Below are positions 1-9,107 of a stretch of 58,106 nucleotides of DNA, piece after piece (position 1 is the stretch's first letter; each line of letters begins with the position of its first letter). The notes beneath the pieces are model-generated. The model made no database searches. It worked only from the letters and a program-made list of their open reading frames with translations, and was not told the DNA's origin. Both the position numbers and the translations under genes were made by a program. This DNA comes from Chloroflexota bacterium. Its GTDB lineage: Bacteria; Chloroflexota; Chloroflexia; QHBQ01. The DNA is taken from assembly GCA_043754535.1 (NCBI GenBank), contig JAYUUN010000015.1:1-58106 (forward strand), given 5' to 3'.

Positions 1-267
1 CTCACCCTCTGCCGCCGCGAAGCCGTCGATCAGGCTCTGGCCGTAGCCCTTGTTGATCTCGTGGGTGACGAGGCGCACGTGGTCGTTCTCCGCAACCAGC
101 CGGGCGGCGATCTCGCCTGTGCGATCCTTGCTACCGTCGTTGACGACGATAACCTCATAGTCGCTGAAAGCGGTAGGCAGCACCACCGCCGCGTCGCGCA
201 CGACCTCAGCGATGTTCTCCTCCTCGTTGTGGGCGGGTAGCACCAGCGACAGCTTACCTTCGATCAT
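1..267 (-). CDS. Glycosyltransferase family 2 protein (5' part; runs off window)
   Basis: Manual translation MIEGKLSLVLPAHNEEENIAEVV...YEVIVVNDGSKDRTG...HEINKGYG matches GT2/DPM1-like N-terminal motifs; AAGGAGG RBS upstream. Confidence 0.85.
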   Translation of the reverse strand, partial: MIEGKLSLVLPAHNEEENIAEVVRDAAVVLPTAFSDYEVIVVNDGSKDRTGEIAARLVAENDHVRLVTHEINKGYGQSLIDGFAAAEGE

Positions 268-449
268 GCTATGAACTCTCCTCCTTGAGCGCGCCGGGAT
301 ACCACCGGCCTGTAACTTCGCATAGTATACCATATGCGCGGCTAGTTTGTTGGTTCGCAGCAGGCAGTGGCGGCAAGGAGGCAGTAAGGTGCGGCTAGGC
401 TGGGTTGTAGTGCAGATGCAGAGCCGAGGAAGGTGCAGAGCAGTATGAG

Positions 450-728
450 CTAGGTCATCAGACCCCCCATCGCAATGAGATGAGAGAGTCCATAGTAGAT
501 GGCTACGAGGATCATAAAGAATACGGCAAAGCCTACAATGTACACGATCAGCCAGCCAAACTGTCGCCTAGTCATCTTGCTCACAGGCAGAGGCTTGCTG
601 CTGTTGTTCATCGGTGTTGCGACCTCTGCTAGCCTGCTGTCCACCGTTGGCACAGTAGCCTGGTAGCTGCGCCCTTCTAGCACATGGGGTGGCAGTGGGG
701 CGGCTGGGTTGGCTTGTTCGTCGTTCAT
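450..728 (-). CDS. Small membrane protein with N-terminal PPHVL motif (hypothetical)
   Basis: ORF with a single C-terminal hydrophobic helix; GGAG RBS; consensus sigma70 promoter upstream; motif shared with 15176 and 15949 ORFs. Confidence 0.7.
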   Translation of the reverse strand: MNDEQANPAAPLPPHVLEGRSYQATVPTVDSRLAEVATPMNNSSKPLPVSKMTRRQFGWLIVYIVGFAVFFMILVAIYYGLSHLIAMGGLMT

Positions 729-773
729 CGTCTTCTCCAATCAGGTTTTATATTAGCCAATGCTTATGTGTTC

Positions 774-802
774 ATTATATTCCATAAAAACCAATTTGTC
801 AA
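774..802 (-). promoter_or_regulatory. Consensus sigma70 promoter for 450..728 gene
   Basis: Minus strand TTGACA-17nt-TATAAT (perfect consensus). Confidence 0.8.
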
Positions 803-903
803 TAGCCCAGGGCTGCCAGTTTGCTCATGCGGCAAATGCCGCCGCTTGCACGATCCGCACGGGCGGCGTAAGATAGGAAGACCAAAGATCGGGAGGAACA
901 ACG

Positions 904-2487
904 ATGTACCACCGCGACCGCAATGTATTCCCTGAGATCGCCCCCTGGGTGCGCCGCAACGAGTTCTTGCACGACACCTACGTGCGTAGTCCTGTCCCCT
1001 ACTACTATGAAGACCGCCACCTGCTGCCCCAACCGCTCTGGCGCGGCCACGACACGATCATCAGGATGTACTACTATGCCTGGGAGGTCGCCTTCGCCAA
1101 CTTCATCCGCCCCAACCGCGAGAGCCGCTTCATCGCCGACTTCGTGGAGACAGCCTTCAATAGCCACCTCTTTATGTGGGACTCCGCCTTCATCACCCTC
1201 TTTTGCCGTTACGTCCACCGCCTCTTTCCCGCCATTCGCACCCTGGACAACTTCTATGCCAAGCAGCACAACGACGGTTACATCTGCCGCCAGATCATCG
1301 AAGTCGACGGCACCGACGTATACGCCGAGAACGACCCCGACTCTACTGGCCCCAACATCATGGCCTGGGCCGAGTGGCTGCACTACCAGCACTATGGCGA
1401 TAAGGAGCGGTTGCAGAAGATATTCCCGCCCCTCTACGCCTACCATCTTTGGTATCGCCGCTACCGGGCCTGGCCCGACGGCACCTACTTCGCTACCGGC
1501 TGGTCGAGCGGCATGGACAACTCGGCCCGCATCCCCGACAGCGAACATTACCACCAACACTGGTCGTGGCTAGACGCAACTGCACAGCAGGCATTGGATG
1601 CCCGCACCCTCGCCTGGATCGCCGAACTCTGCGGCCAGCCAGAGGAAGCGAGCAGCCTGCACGCTGAGTACGAGCAACTGCACGGCCTGGTGAACGACAA
1701 GTTTTGGGATGATGCAGAGGGTTTCTACTACGACCGCCCGCCCAGCGGCGTGCTAGGGCCGAACAAGGCGATTTCCTCATACTGGGCTTTGCTAGCCGAC
1801 CTGGTGCCACCCGACCGCCTGGATCGCTTCGTCAGCCACCTGGATGACCCACGCAGCTTCAAGCGCAGCCATCGGGTGCCGACCCTTGCCGCCAACGCAA
1901 GCGGCTACAGTAGCGGCGGAGCATACTGGCTGGGGGGGGTGTGGGCGCCCACCAACTACATGGTGGTGCGTGGCCTCTGCGAACATGGCTACCGCGATCT
2001 CGCCCATGACATATCGCTAAACCACGTCCTCAATATGCAGCAGGTGTTCAGGGACACCCAGACGATTTGGGAGAACTATGCCCCCGACGAGATACGGCGC
2101 GGCAACCTCAGCCGTCCACGCTTCGTCGGCTGGTCAGGGCTGGGGCCAGTGGCGATGCTGATTGAGAACGTGATCGGGGTAGAGGTCAACAGCCCTGCCA
2201 ACATGGTAACCTGGGATTTGCGCCTGCCAGAGCCACATGGAGTCTACCAGCTAGCCTTCGACGAGGACACGACCACGACGCTACGCTGCTCGGCGGCGGG
2301 GGCCGATGGTAGGCGGGCGATCCACATCCGCAGCGACAGCCACTACCGGTTGGTGGTCAGCTACCAGGCGCAAAACTACGACTTCGCCATCACCCCTGGC
2401 GACCAGTTCTACGAACTACCCGGCGGCCACAAGCTGCGTGGCTCCAACGAGATGCCAGAGCCGAAGGTGTTGAGCGCGATGGTGTAA
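904..2487 (+). CDS. Glycoside hydrolase, MGH1/GH63-trehalase-like (alpha/alpha)6 family
   Basis: FMWDSAF, SGMDNS, YWLGGVWAPTNY, IWENY and FVGWSG motifs; GGAGG RBS. Confidence 0.8.
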   Translation: MYHRDRNVFPEIAPWVRRNEFLHDTYVRSPVPYYYEDRHLLPQPLWRGHDTIIRMYYYAWEVAFANFIRPNRESRFIADFVETAFNSHLFMWDSAFITLFCRYVHRLFPAIRTLDNFYAKQHNDGYICRQIIEVDGTDVYAENDPDSTGPNIMAWAEWLHYQHYGDKERLQKIFPPLYAYHLWYRRYRAWPDGTYFATGWSSGMDNSARIPDSEHYHQHWSWLDATAQQALDARTLAWIAELCGQPEEASSLHAEYEQLHGLVNDKFWDDAEGFYYDRPPSGVLGPNKAISSYWALLADLVPPDRLDRFVSHLDDPRSFKRSHRVPTLAANASGYSSGGAYWLGGVWAPTNYMVVRGLCEHGYRDLAHDISLNHVLNMQQVFRDTQTIWENYAPDEIRRGNLSRPRFVGWSGLGPVAMLIENVIGVEVNSPANMVTWDLRLPEPHGVYQLAFDEDTTTTLRCSAAGADGRRAIHIRSDSHYRLVVSYQAQNYDFAITPGDQFYELPGGHKLRGSNEMPEPKVLSAMV

Positions 2488-2495
2488 ATAGCGTC

Positions 2496-3464
2496 TTACT
2501 TGCCAAAGGTGCGGTCGAGCAGGCCCAACACCCTTTCGCAGTACTCGCGGGGGTAGTCGGAGAAGCTGGCGGTGTGCGCGCTGCGTGGTGTCACCCACAA
2601 CTCGCGGGGTTCACTTGCTGCGTCGTAGAGGGCGAATGCCCCGCTGGGGTCGGCCACCTGGTCTTCGCCGCCGTGGATGATCAGCAGCGGGCGCGGTGCA
2701 ATCCAGTTGACTGCGGTGAGCGGGTTGTTTTCGCCCGCTGCTGCGTCCAATCGGCGGTCAATTTCTCTGGCCGCCAGCCTACTGGTCAGGCTCGCGACTG
2801 TCGGTAGATAGCCAGTGAGCATCATTATGTTGCTGATCAACCCGGCCAGTTCGGTGTAAGGTGAGTCGGCCACCACTGCCTTGAGGTCGGGGTACTCGGC
2901 GGCAGCTAGCAGGGCGATAGTTGCCCCCAGGCTGATGCCCATAATCCCGACCTCGTGTAGGCCACGCGCGTGCAGCAACTCTATAGCCGCCCCTACGTCG
3001 TGCGTCTCATCCTGCCCCATTGTAGTATGTGCGCCGTCGCTCTGCCCATGCCCACGCAGGTCGTAGGCCAGCACATTGTAGCCACCCGCAACCAGGAGAG
3101 CGACGTAGTTCAGCACCACATTATGGTTGGCTGCGTAGCCGTGCAGCAAGATGATCGTCGCCTTTGCCTGCTGCATCGCGCCACCAAGATTGCCCCGGTG
3201 CGCGTAGGCAGCGAAGAAGCGACCACGCAAGGTCACACCATCGTTCGCCCTGATCTGCACCTCCTCTGCCCCAGTCAAACCGTGATCGGCTAGCCGCGCC
3301 CTGAAGGTGCTGCGCTCTGGCTTCATCACCCGCTCGGCTGCATAGTGGGCATACTGCCTGCGGAGCAACGCGAGACTGCCCACCAGCCCGGCGGCAGCGG
3401 CTACGACCACCAGGGGACGGTTCATCTTGTGTTCTTCATCGACTTTGATCTCCAGGCCATCCAT
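2496..3464 (-). CDS. Alpha/beta hydrolase with N-terminal membrane anchor
   Basis: LHGY, YDLRGHGQS, GISLG nucleophile elbow, IIHGGED and C-terminal His; start chosen at ATG after AGGAG. Confidence 0.85.
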   Translation of the reverse strand: MDGLEIKVDEEHKMNRPLVVVAAAAGLVGSLALLRRQYAHYAAERVMKPERSTFRARLADHGLTGAEEVQIRANDGVTLRGRFFAAYAHRGNLGGAMQQAKATIILLHGYAANHNVVLNYVALLVAGGYNVLAYDLRGHGQSDGAHTTMGQDETHDVGAAIELLHARGLHEVGIMGISLGATIALLAAAEYPDLKAVVADSPYTELAGLISNIMMLTGYLPTVASLTSRLAAREIDRRLDAAAGENNPLTAVNWIAPRPLLIIHGGEDQVADPSGAFALYDAASEPRELWVTPRSAHTASFSDYPREYCERVLGLLDRTFGK

Positions 3465-3582
3465 GCGGCACGCTCCTCTTTTTACGGTTTTAGTCTGCTG
3501 GCACTGCTGGCCTAATTGTAGCATAGACTTCTAATCCGTGCTATCTTGCCAAAGCACCCCCCTTTCAGGTAAACTTGTGCTT

Positions 3583-4722
3583 ATGGACAACGAACGCCCC
3601 CCTCAACGAAATGCAGACATCCTCGGTGATCTGAAGAAGGTCAGTGGGCGTGGTCGCCTGCACCGCGAGGAGGACGGTAGCCGCCGCCTCTACCGCGTCG
3701 GCGTGGTTGATCCGACGACACTGCTCGGCCAGGAGACGCTGAAGCTGCTCAACCAGCGCAACTTTCCCTTCAGCGAGGTACAGCTATTTAGCAGCGTTGC
3801 CTCCGACCTGCGCCGTATCATCATCAACGAGGAGGGCGAGCGCGAGGAGGTGACGATCCACAACATCAGCCCACGCAGCTTCGAGGGGATGGACATCGTG
3901 TTCTTCGCTGGCACTCGCGACCTCAGCACCCGTTATGCCCACCGCGCAGTCGAAGCGGGCGCATTGGTGCTAGACCTCTCTGGCGGCTACCGCAACAAGC
4001 CGGGCGTGCCAATGGTCATCCCAGAGGTCAACTTCGAGGAGGCGAAAGCGGCCCTGAGCGGCGGGCGGATTATCGCCAACCCCACCGACCTGACCATCCT
4101 GCTGCTTACTGCCCTCTACCCCTTGCACCTTAGCGCGAAGCTCAAGCGGGTGATCGTTGATACCTATCAGTCGGTCTCCGACGGTGGGCGCGAGGCAGTC
4201 GAGGAGTTGAGTAGCCAGACACGCCGCATCCTCCAGGGCCAGGCGGTCATCCCCCATGCGATGCCCCACCAGATCGCCTACAATGTGCTGCCCGAAACCG
4301 AAGTCTTCCGCGACAACGGCTACTCTGTGCAAGAGAACAACGTCATGGCTGAGGTGCGCCGCCTGATCCGCGAACCAAAGCTGCAAGTGTCTCTCACTAC
4401 CGTGCGCGTCCCCGTGCTGATCGGCCACTCCATGTCTGTCCACGCCGAGTTTAGCAACCTGATCGGCCCCGAAGTAGCCCGCGAGATACTCAGCCGCGCC
4501 CCTGGCGTAGTCGTGCGCGACGACCCGACCGTAAGTATGTACCCCCAGCCCTGGCAGGTAGCTGGGCAAGACCCAGTCTACGTTGGGCGCATCCGCGAGG
4601 ATGCCAGCCTCAACACGCCAGTCGGGATTGCCTTCTGGCTCTCTGCCGACAATCTGCGTAAGGGTGCAGCCCTCAATGCGATGCAGGTGGTCGAGGCATT
4701 GATCGGCTTGGGGATGATGTGA
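3583..4722 (+). CDS. asd: Aspartate-semialdehyde dehydrogenase family protein (Asd/Usg-like; catalytic Cys absent)
   Basis: VPMVIPEVN, TYQSVS, VRVPVLIGHS and DNLRKGAALNA motifs; but NPTDLT instead of NPNCST and no GxxGxxG. Confidence 0.8.
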   Translation: MDNERPPQRNADILGDLKKVSGRGRLHREEDGSRRLYRVGVVDPTTLLGQETLKLLNQRNFPFSEVQLFSSVASDLRRIIINEEGEREEVTIHNISPRSFEGMDIVFFAGTRDLSTRYAHRAVEAGALVLDLSGGYRNKPGVPMVIPEVNFEEAKAALSGGRIIANPTDLTILLLTALYPLHLSAKLKRVIVDTYQSVSDGGREAVEELSSQTRRILQGQAVIPHAMPHQIAYNVLPETEVFRDNGYSVQENNVMAEVRRLIREPKLQVSLTTVRVPVLIGHSMSVHAEFSNLIGPEVAREILSRAPGVVVRDDPTVSMYPQPWQVAGQDPVYVGRIREDASLNTPVGIAFWLSADNLRKGAALNAMQVVEALIGLGMM

Positions 4723-4779
4723 ACGCGGCACGAACCCAGACCTACCATCAGCAATCGTAGCCAGGCGGCTTCGATTCTC

Positions 4780-4808
4780 TTGCATTTTCGGTAAGGATGG
4801 CGTATAAT
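4780..4808 (+). promoter_or_regulatory. Sigma70 promoter of rpsA
   Basis: TTGCAT-17nt-TATAAT. Confidence 0.7.
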
Positions 4809-4967
4809 AACACCAAAGCCTCGCAATGTGACACTGCGCTGGATTGGCACCCGCCTGCCTCGGTTGAGGCAGCTATTCACCCTATTGGCAAGCGGCGTGT
4901 AAGTTCTTCAGCAAGCTGTCCCTCTGGCGAGCAAGCTAGAATTAACCTAAGGATGGCACAGCTTATA

Positions 4968-7517
4968 ATGGACGAGACGCAGGCAAGCAGCGCGGCCAAC
5001 CCCGCGACGGAGAACGAGACCCCGCAGCATAGCGAACAGCTAGCTGCAACCTCTAGCAGCACCCCCAACGGTAACATGGCAGAGCAGGACGACAGCCATG
5101 GTGCAGACCGCATCATAGCCGCAGTTGCTGAACCCGCAGTGGAGGCTGAGACGGCCACCGAGCAGGCTGCTGCCAACGCCGATGCTGCCAGGAGCGCGGT
5201 TGACCAAACCGCTGCCAGCAGCGACCAGCCCACCAGCGGCTTCGTCAGCCCCAGCCATGATGATGGCGGCACGGCACCTGCCGTCGAACGCGGTAGCATG
5301 ACTGCCAGCACCATGACCCCCAGCAGCGAAGACAGCACCGTGACTCCCAGTAGCGAAGACAGCACCATGACTGATAGCAGCACTGCCAGTAGCATGGCCG
5401 CTGATCATGCCGCTAGTATCACTGACAGCAGTGACGATAGCAGCGTGGCCGCTCGTAGCGACGACCACAGCACTACTGGTGCTGCCAACTCGTCGGCTGC
5501 GGACACCGGCAGCCCTGCAACCCCTGCTAGCGCAACTGGTGGCGACGAGATCATGAGCATGGAAGACCTGATGCGTGAGTCTGATGGTCGCAGCTTCCGC
5601 GCCCTTCGCTTCGGCGATGTGGTCGAAGGCACCATCATGCACGTGTCGAAGGACGAACTGCTGGTTGATATCCAGGCCAAGTCCGAAGGGATCGTGCCGG
5701 TCAACGAGTTGCAGAGCCTCTCCCCCCAGGAGTTGAGCGAACTGCACGTCGGCGACACCATCCTGGTCAGTGTGGTGCAGCCAGAGAACAATGAGGGCCA
5801 CGCCGTCCTCTCTCTCGACCGCGCCCGCCAGGAAAAGAGTTGGCGCAAGCTGCAAAAGCAGTTTGAGAACAACGAGTTGATCGAAACCCATGTCACCGGC
5901 TACAACAAGGGCGGCCTGCTAGTCAACCTTGAGGGTGTGCGCGGTTTCGTTCCCTCCTCTCAAGTTGTGGGGGTTGGCAACGACCCAGCCAAGCAGAACG
6001 AACTAGGTGGCATGAGTGACCGCCCGATCAACCTCAAGATCATTGAAATCAACCGCAACCGCAACCGCCTGATCCTCTCCGAACGCCTTGCTATGCAGGC
6101 CCAGCGCGACATCCAGAAGGAGAAGCTCCTCTCTGAATTGAAGCCAGGAGACGTGAAGCATGGCCGTGTGGTTAGCATCGCAGACTTTGGCGCGTTCGTA
6201 GACATTGGTGGGGCCGACGGCCTGATCCACCTCTCCGAACTCTCCTGGAGCCGCGTCACCAACCCGCACGACGTACTCAAGGTCGGCCAGGAAGTTGATG
6301 TGTACGTCCTGGGCGTGGACGAGAACGAGCGCAAGATCGCCCTCAGCCTCAAGCGCACTCAGGCCGAGCCGTGGAGCGACATTAACAACCGCTACCAGAT
6401 CGGCCAGATGGTCAGCGGCACGATCACCCAGCTCGCCAGCTTCGGGGCTTTTGCCCGCATCGCCGACGGCGTAGAGGGTCTGATCCACATCTCCGAACTC
6501 TCTGATAACCGTGTCCTGCACCCACGTGATGTGGTCAAGGAGAGCGACAAGCTGGAACTGCGGATTATCCGCATCGACCCCCAGCGCAAGCGTATCGGCC
6601 TCAGCCTCAAGCGGGCGCACGAGGGTGCAAGCATGGAGGGGATTGAGGATCAGCCGGGCGATCTCGGTGGTGAGCCACGTCCGCCGCGTCAGGATCGCGG
6701 GGATCGTGGTGGCGACCGTGGTGGCGACCGTGGTGGCAATGCCAATGCTGGGGCTGCTGCTGGTGGCGCGCAGAACAGCCGCTTCGAGCGCATGGAACGG
6801 GCAGCGAGCGAACGGGCCACTGGTGGCAGTGATCGCACTGGCCGTGACCGCCCCCGCCGCGACGACCGCCGTGATAGCGGCCCTATGCAGACTACCTATG
6901 GCAGCACTGGTGGCATGACCGCGATGGAGCAGGCGATGGCCGCAGCGATGGCTGCTCAACGTGATGGGGAGGATGGCGACATGGATAGCAACCAGGATAG
7001 CAGCGACAGCCCCCGCTATACCACGCAGGACACTACGGGTGGCTACACTAGCACTACCCAGGATGGTGGCGAGGGACAATCGGCCCCGGCCAGCACCAAC
7101 CATGGTTACGAAGTGAACAGCGTGACCAACTCTGCCGACAACGCCGAGAGTTCGGCCAGTGCTACCCACGACTCGACGGCCAGCGCGAATAACCAGAATG
7201 CCAGCCGCAGCGAGTTGCAGGAGAGCCTGATGGGTAGCTCCTCAACCGGCCAGAGCAACGCTGCTTACGAGCAGATGACCAGCGGTAGAGATGCCGCCGA
7301 CGACCCGACCAGCGGCCAGACCCCGCCGACTAGCGATGCGCTCAACAACCGCAACAACAGTCAGCAGGCAGCGGCCCCAGCCACCGCCACTGAGGAAAGC
7401 GGCGCAGGCAGCGAGGCCAGCATCCAGGCTGGTGAAGCCGCCCGCCCCGCCACCACCTCCTCGGTGGAAGACAGCGAAGTAACCCAGCACGACGGTGACA
7501 CCAGCGGCAGCCGCTAA
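4968..7517 (+). CDS. rpsA: 30S ribosomal protein S1 with long low-complexity N- and C-terminal extensions
   Basis: Four S1 domains (e.g. DFGAFVDIGGADGLIHLSELSW, FGAFARIADGVEGLIHISEL); exact start uncertain (4953/4968). Confidence 0.9.
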   Translation: MDETQASSAANPATENETPQHSEQLAATSSSTPNGNMAEQDDSHGADRIIAAVAEPAVEAETATEQAAANADAARSAVDQTAASSDQPTSGFVSPSHDDGGTAPAVERGSMTASTMTPSSEDSTVTPSSEDSTMTDSSTASSMAADHAASITDSSDDSSVAARSDDHSTTGAANSSAADTGSPATPASATGGDEIMSMEDLMRESDGRSFRALRFGDVVEGTIMHVSKDELLVDIQAKSEGIVPVNELQSLSPQELSELHVGDTILVSVVQPENNEGHAVLSLDRARQEKSWRKLQKQFENNELIETHVTGYNKGGLLVNLEGVRGFVPSSQVVGVGNDPAKQNELGGMSDRPINLKIIEINRNRNRLILSERLAMQAQRDIQKEKLLSELKPGDVKHGRVVSIADFGAFVDIGGADGLIHLSELSWSRVTNPHDVLKVGQEVDVYVLGVDENERKIALSLKRTQAEPWSDINNRYQIGQMVSGTITQLASFGAFARIADGVEGLIHISELSDNRVLHPRDVVKESDKLELRIIRIDPQRKRIGLSLKRAHEGASMEGIEDQPGDLGGEPRPPRQDRGDRGGDRGGDRGGNANAGAAAGGAQNSRFERMERAASERATGGSDRTGRDRPRRDDRRDSGPMQTTYGSTGGMTAMEQAMAAAMAAQRDGEDGDMDSNQDSSDSPRYTTQDTTGGYTSTTQDGGEGQSAPASTNHGYEVNSVTNSADNAESSASATHDSTASANNQNASRSELQESLMGSSSTGQSNAAYEQMTSGRDAADDPTSGQTPPTSDALNNRNNSQQAAAPATATEESGAGSEASIQAGEAARPATTSSVEDSEVTQHDGDTSGSR
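5307..5378 (+). repeat. 27-bp in-frame tandem repeat in rpsA N-tail (STMTPSSED)
   Basis: agcacc(a/g)tgac(c/t)cccag(c/t)agcgaagac, two copies plus a partial third. Confidence 0.75.
6702..6737 (+). repeat. 12-bp in-frame repeat (DRGG x3) in rpsA C-tail
   Basis: ga(t/c)cgtggtggc x3. Confidence 0.75.
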
Positions 7518-7601
7518 CAACATCCCTTCCCGCGAGGGGAAGCAGGACGGGGTACATCCCTGCCCTGCAATATCGGAGCGTGGTTTAAGCACCGTCGCAG
7601 A

Positions 7602-7636
7602 GAAGCCTCCAACCGTAACACGTTGGGGGCTTTTTG
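7602..7636 (+). terminator. Rho-independent terminator after rpsA
   Basis: aagcctccaac...gttgggggctt hairpin followed by T-run. Confidence 0.65.
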
Positions 7637-7671
7637 CCTAATAGAGCAAGAGTAGACAGGGGAAAACGCAA

Positions 7672-7938
7672 ATGCCAAACAACATTACTGGCGGCAACAA
7701 CGGCAATGAGATAGTCACAGGCCGCACCCGCAACTCCAAGAAGGCGATCAAGTTCAATGCTCGGCCACTGGGCTTCGAGATCAACACCGTCACTGGCTCT
7801 GCCGACAACCCCGACTCCTGGGCCAGCGCGGTGCAGGATCAGGTGGAAGCCTACGAGGATGCATCCGCCCGCGAACTCTATGATAGCCTGCTCGGCAACC
7901 GCTACGAGGACGAAAACGGCAAACTGCGCCCCCACTGA
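7672..7938 (+). CDS. Hypothetical 88-aa protein
   Basis: ORF with genome-like codon use, AGGGG RBS, 20 bp upstream of the Clp-N gene. Confidence 0.65.
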   Translation: MPNNITGGNNGNEIVTGRTRNSKKAIKFNARPLGFEINTVTGSADNPDSWASAVQDQVEAYEDASARELYDSLLGNRYEDENGKLRPH

Positions 7939-7958
7939 TCGTAGTCAGAGGTATAACG

Positions 7959-8921
7959 ATGGCCGAAAGGTTCGACAAGTTTACAGAGCGCGCCCGCAAG
8001 GTGCTGAACCTGGCGCAGGAGGAAGCACACCGCTTCAACCACAACTACATTGGCACCGAGCATATCCTGCTGGGGCTGGTACGCGAGGGTGAAGGGGTGG
8101 CTGCTCGTGTGCTGGGCAATCTCGGTGTGGAGTTGCACAAGGTACGCAGCGCAGTAGAGTTTATCATCGGGCGGGGTGAGAAGATGGTGCTGGGCGATAT
8201 TGGCTTGACCCCACACGCCAAGAAGGTAGTCGAACTGGCGATTGACGAGGCCCAACGCCTCAACCACCACTACATCGGCACCGAACACATCCTGTTGGGA
8301 CTGGTGCGTGAAGGCGAAGGGATCGCAGCGGGCGTGCTTGAGTCGATGGGGGTCAGCTTGGCAAAGGTTCGCAGCGAAGTGATGCGAGTGCTTAACAGCA
8401 ACCAGGGCAACCCCCCGATCCACAACACCGCCCAGGTTACTACGGTGCAGATGGTAGCTGACCCGCCAGAGCTTGGATCGCAGTTGCGTGACAAGCTGAC
8501 TCGTCTGGTTGAGTTGCGGATGCACAAGGAAGAAGCAGCTAAGAACGAGCAGTATGAACTGGCTGCTAACCTATACAACAGAGAGTCAGAGATAAAGGCC
8601 GAGTTGGAGGCTGAGGATTTTGACTACGAACAGTTCATTGGCGGCCTGCACGAACTTGGGGTCAGCGTCAGCATCTACGCCCAGACTAGCAACACCCGCC
8701 CGGAGCAAATCGCTCCTCAGTTCAGCGATGTGAGCCTCAACTTGCTGGCGGCGGCGGTTGGCAAGGCGATCCAGGCTGGGTCGGTAGAGACTAGCTCTGC
8801 TCATCTGCTCCTCGCTCTGCTGCAACAACCAGACAGCCCGCTAGCTACTATTCTCACCAACCTGGGTGTTGAGCAAGCGGCCTTTGCCGCAGAATTGGCA
8901 AAACTTCTTAAGCAACGCTAA
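7959..8921 (+). CDS. Clp N-terminal-domain protein (ClpN repeats + UVR-like coil + extra ClpN repeat; no AAA+ ATPase)
   Basis: First ~145 aa nearly identical to adjacent ClpC N-domain; KEEAAKNEQYELAANL UVR-like segment; C-terminal SAHLLLALL repeat; no Walker motifs. Confidence 0.85.
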   Translation: MAERFDKFTERARKVLNLAQEEAHRFNHNYIGTEHILLGLVREGEGVAARVLGNLGVELHKVRSAVEFIIGRGEKMVLGDIGLTPHAKKVVELAIDEAQRLNHHYIGTEHILLGLVREGEGIAAGVLESMGVSLAKVRSEVMRVLNSNQGNPPIHNTAQVTTVQMVADPPELGSQLRDKLTRLVELRMHKEEAAKNEQYELAANLYNRESEIKAELEAEDFDYEQFIGGLHELGVSVSIYAQTSNTRPEQIAPQFSDVSLNLLAAAVGKAIQAGSVETSSAHLLLALLQQPDSPLATILTNLGVEQAAFAAELAKLLKQR

Positions 8922-9107
8922 CGCTGTCTAGATGCAAAAAGGAGACAAACGCCGCCAGATTGCGTATAATATGCGTACAAGTTGGCTCCCCGACAGCAAC
9001 CCGCCAGCGTCAGCGGACGTTATACAAACAGATGTCACCGAACTCACCGACGCAGCTTTGGCCGCAATTCAGATTTCAGCTAGCCAGTCTAGCCAGGGAG
9101 AACGATA

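Noticed and set aside
8922..9107. CtsR, HAIR or CIRCE heat-shock operator before clpC
   Set aside because: No matching repeat found; only a -10 box (TATAAT 8965-8970) is visible.
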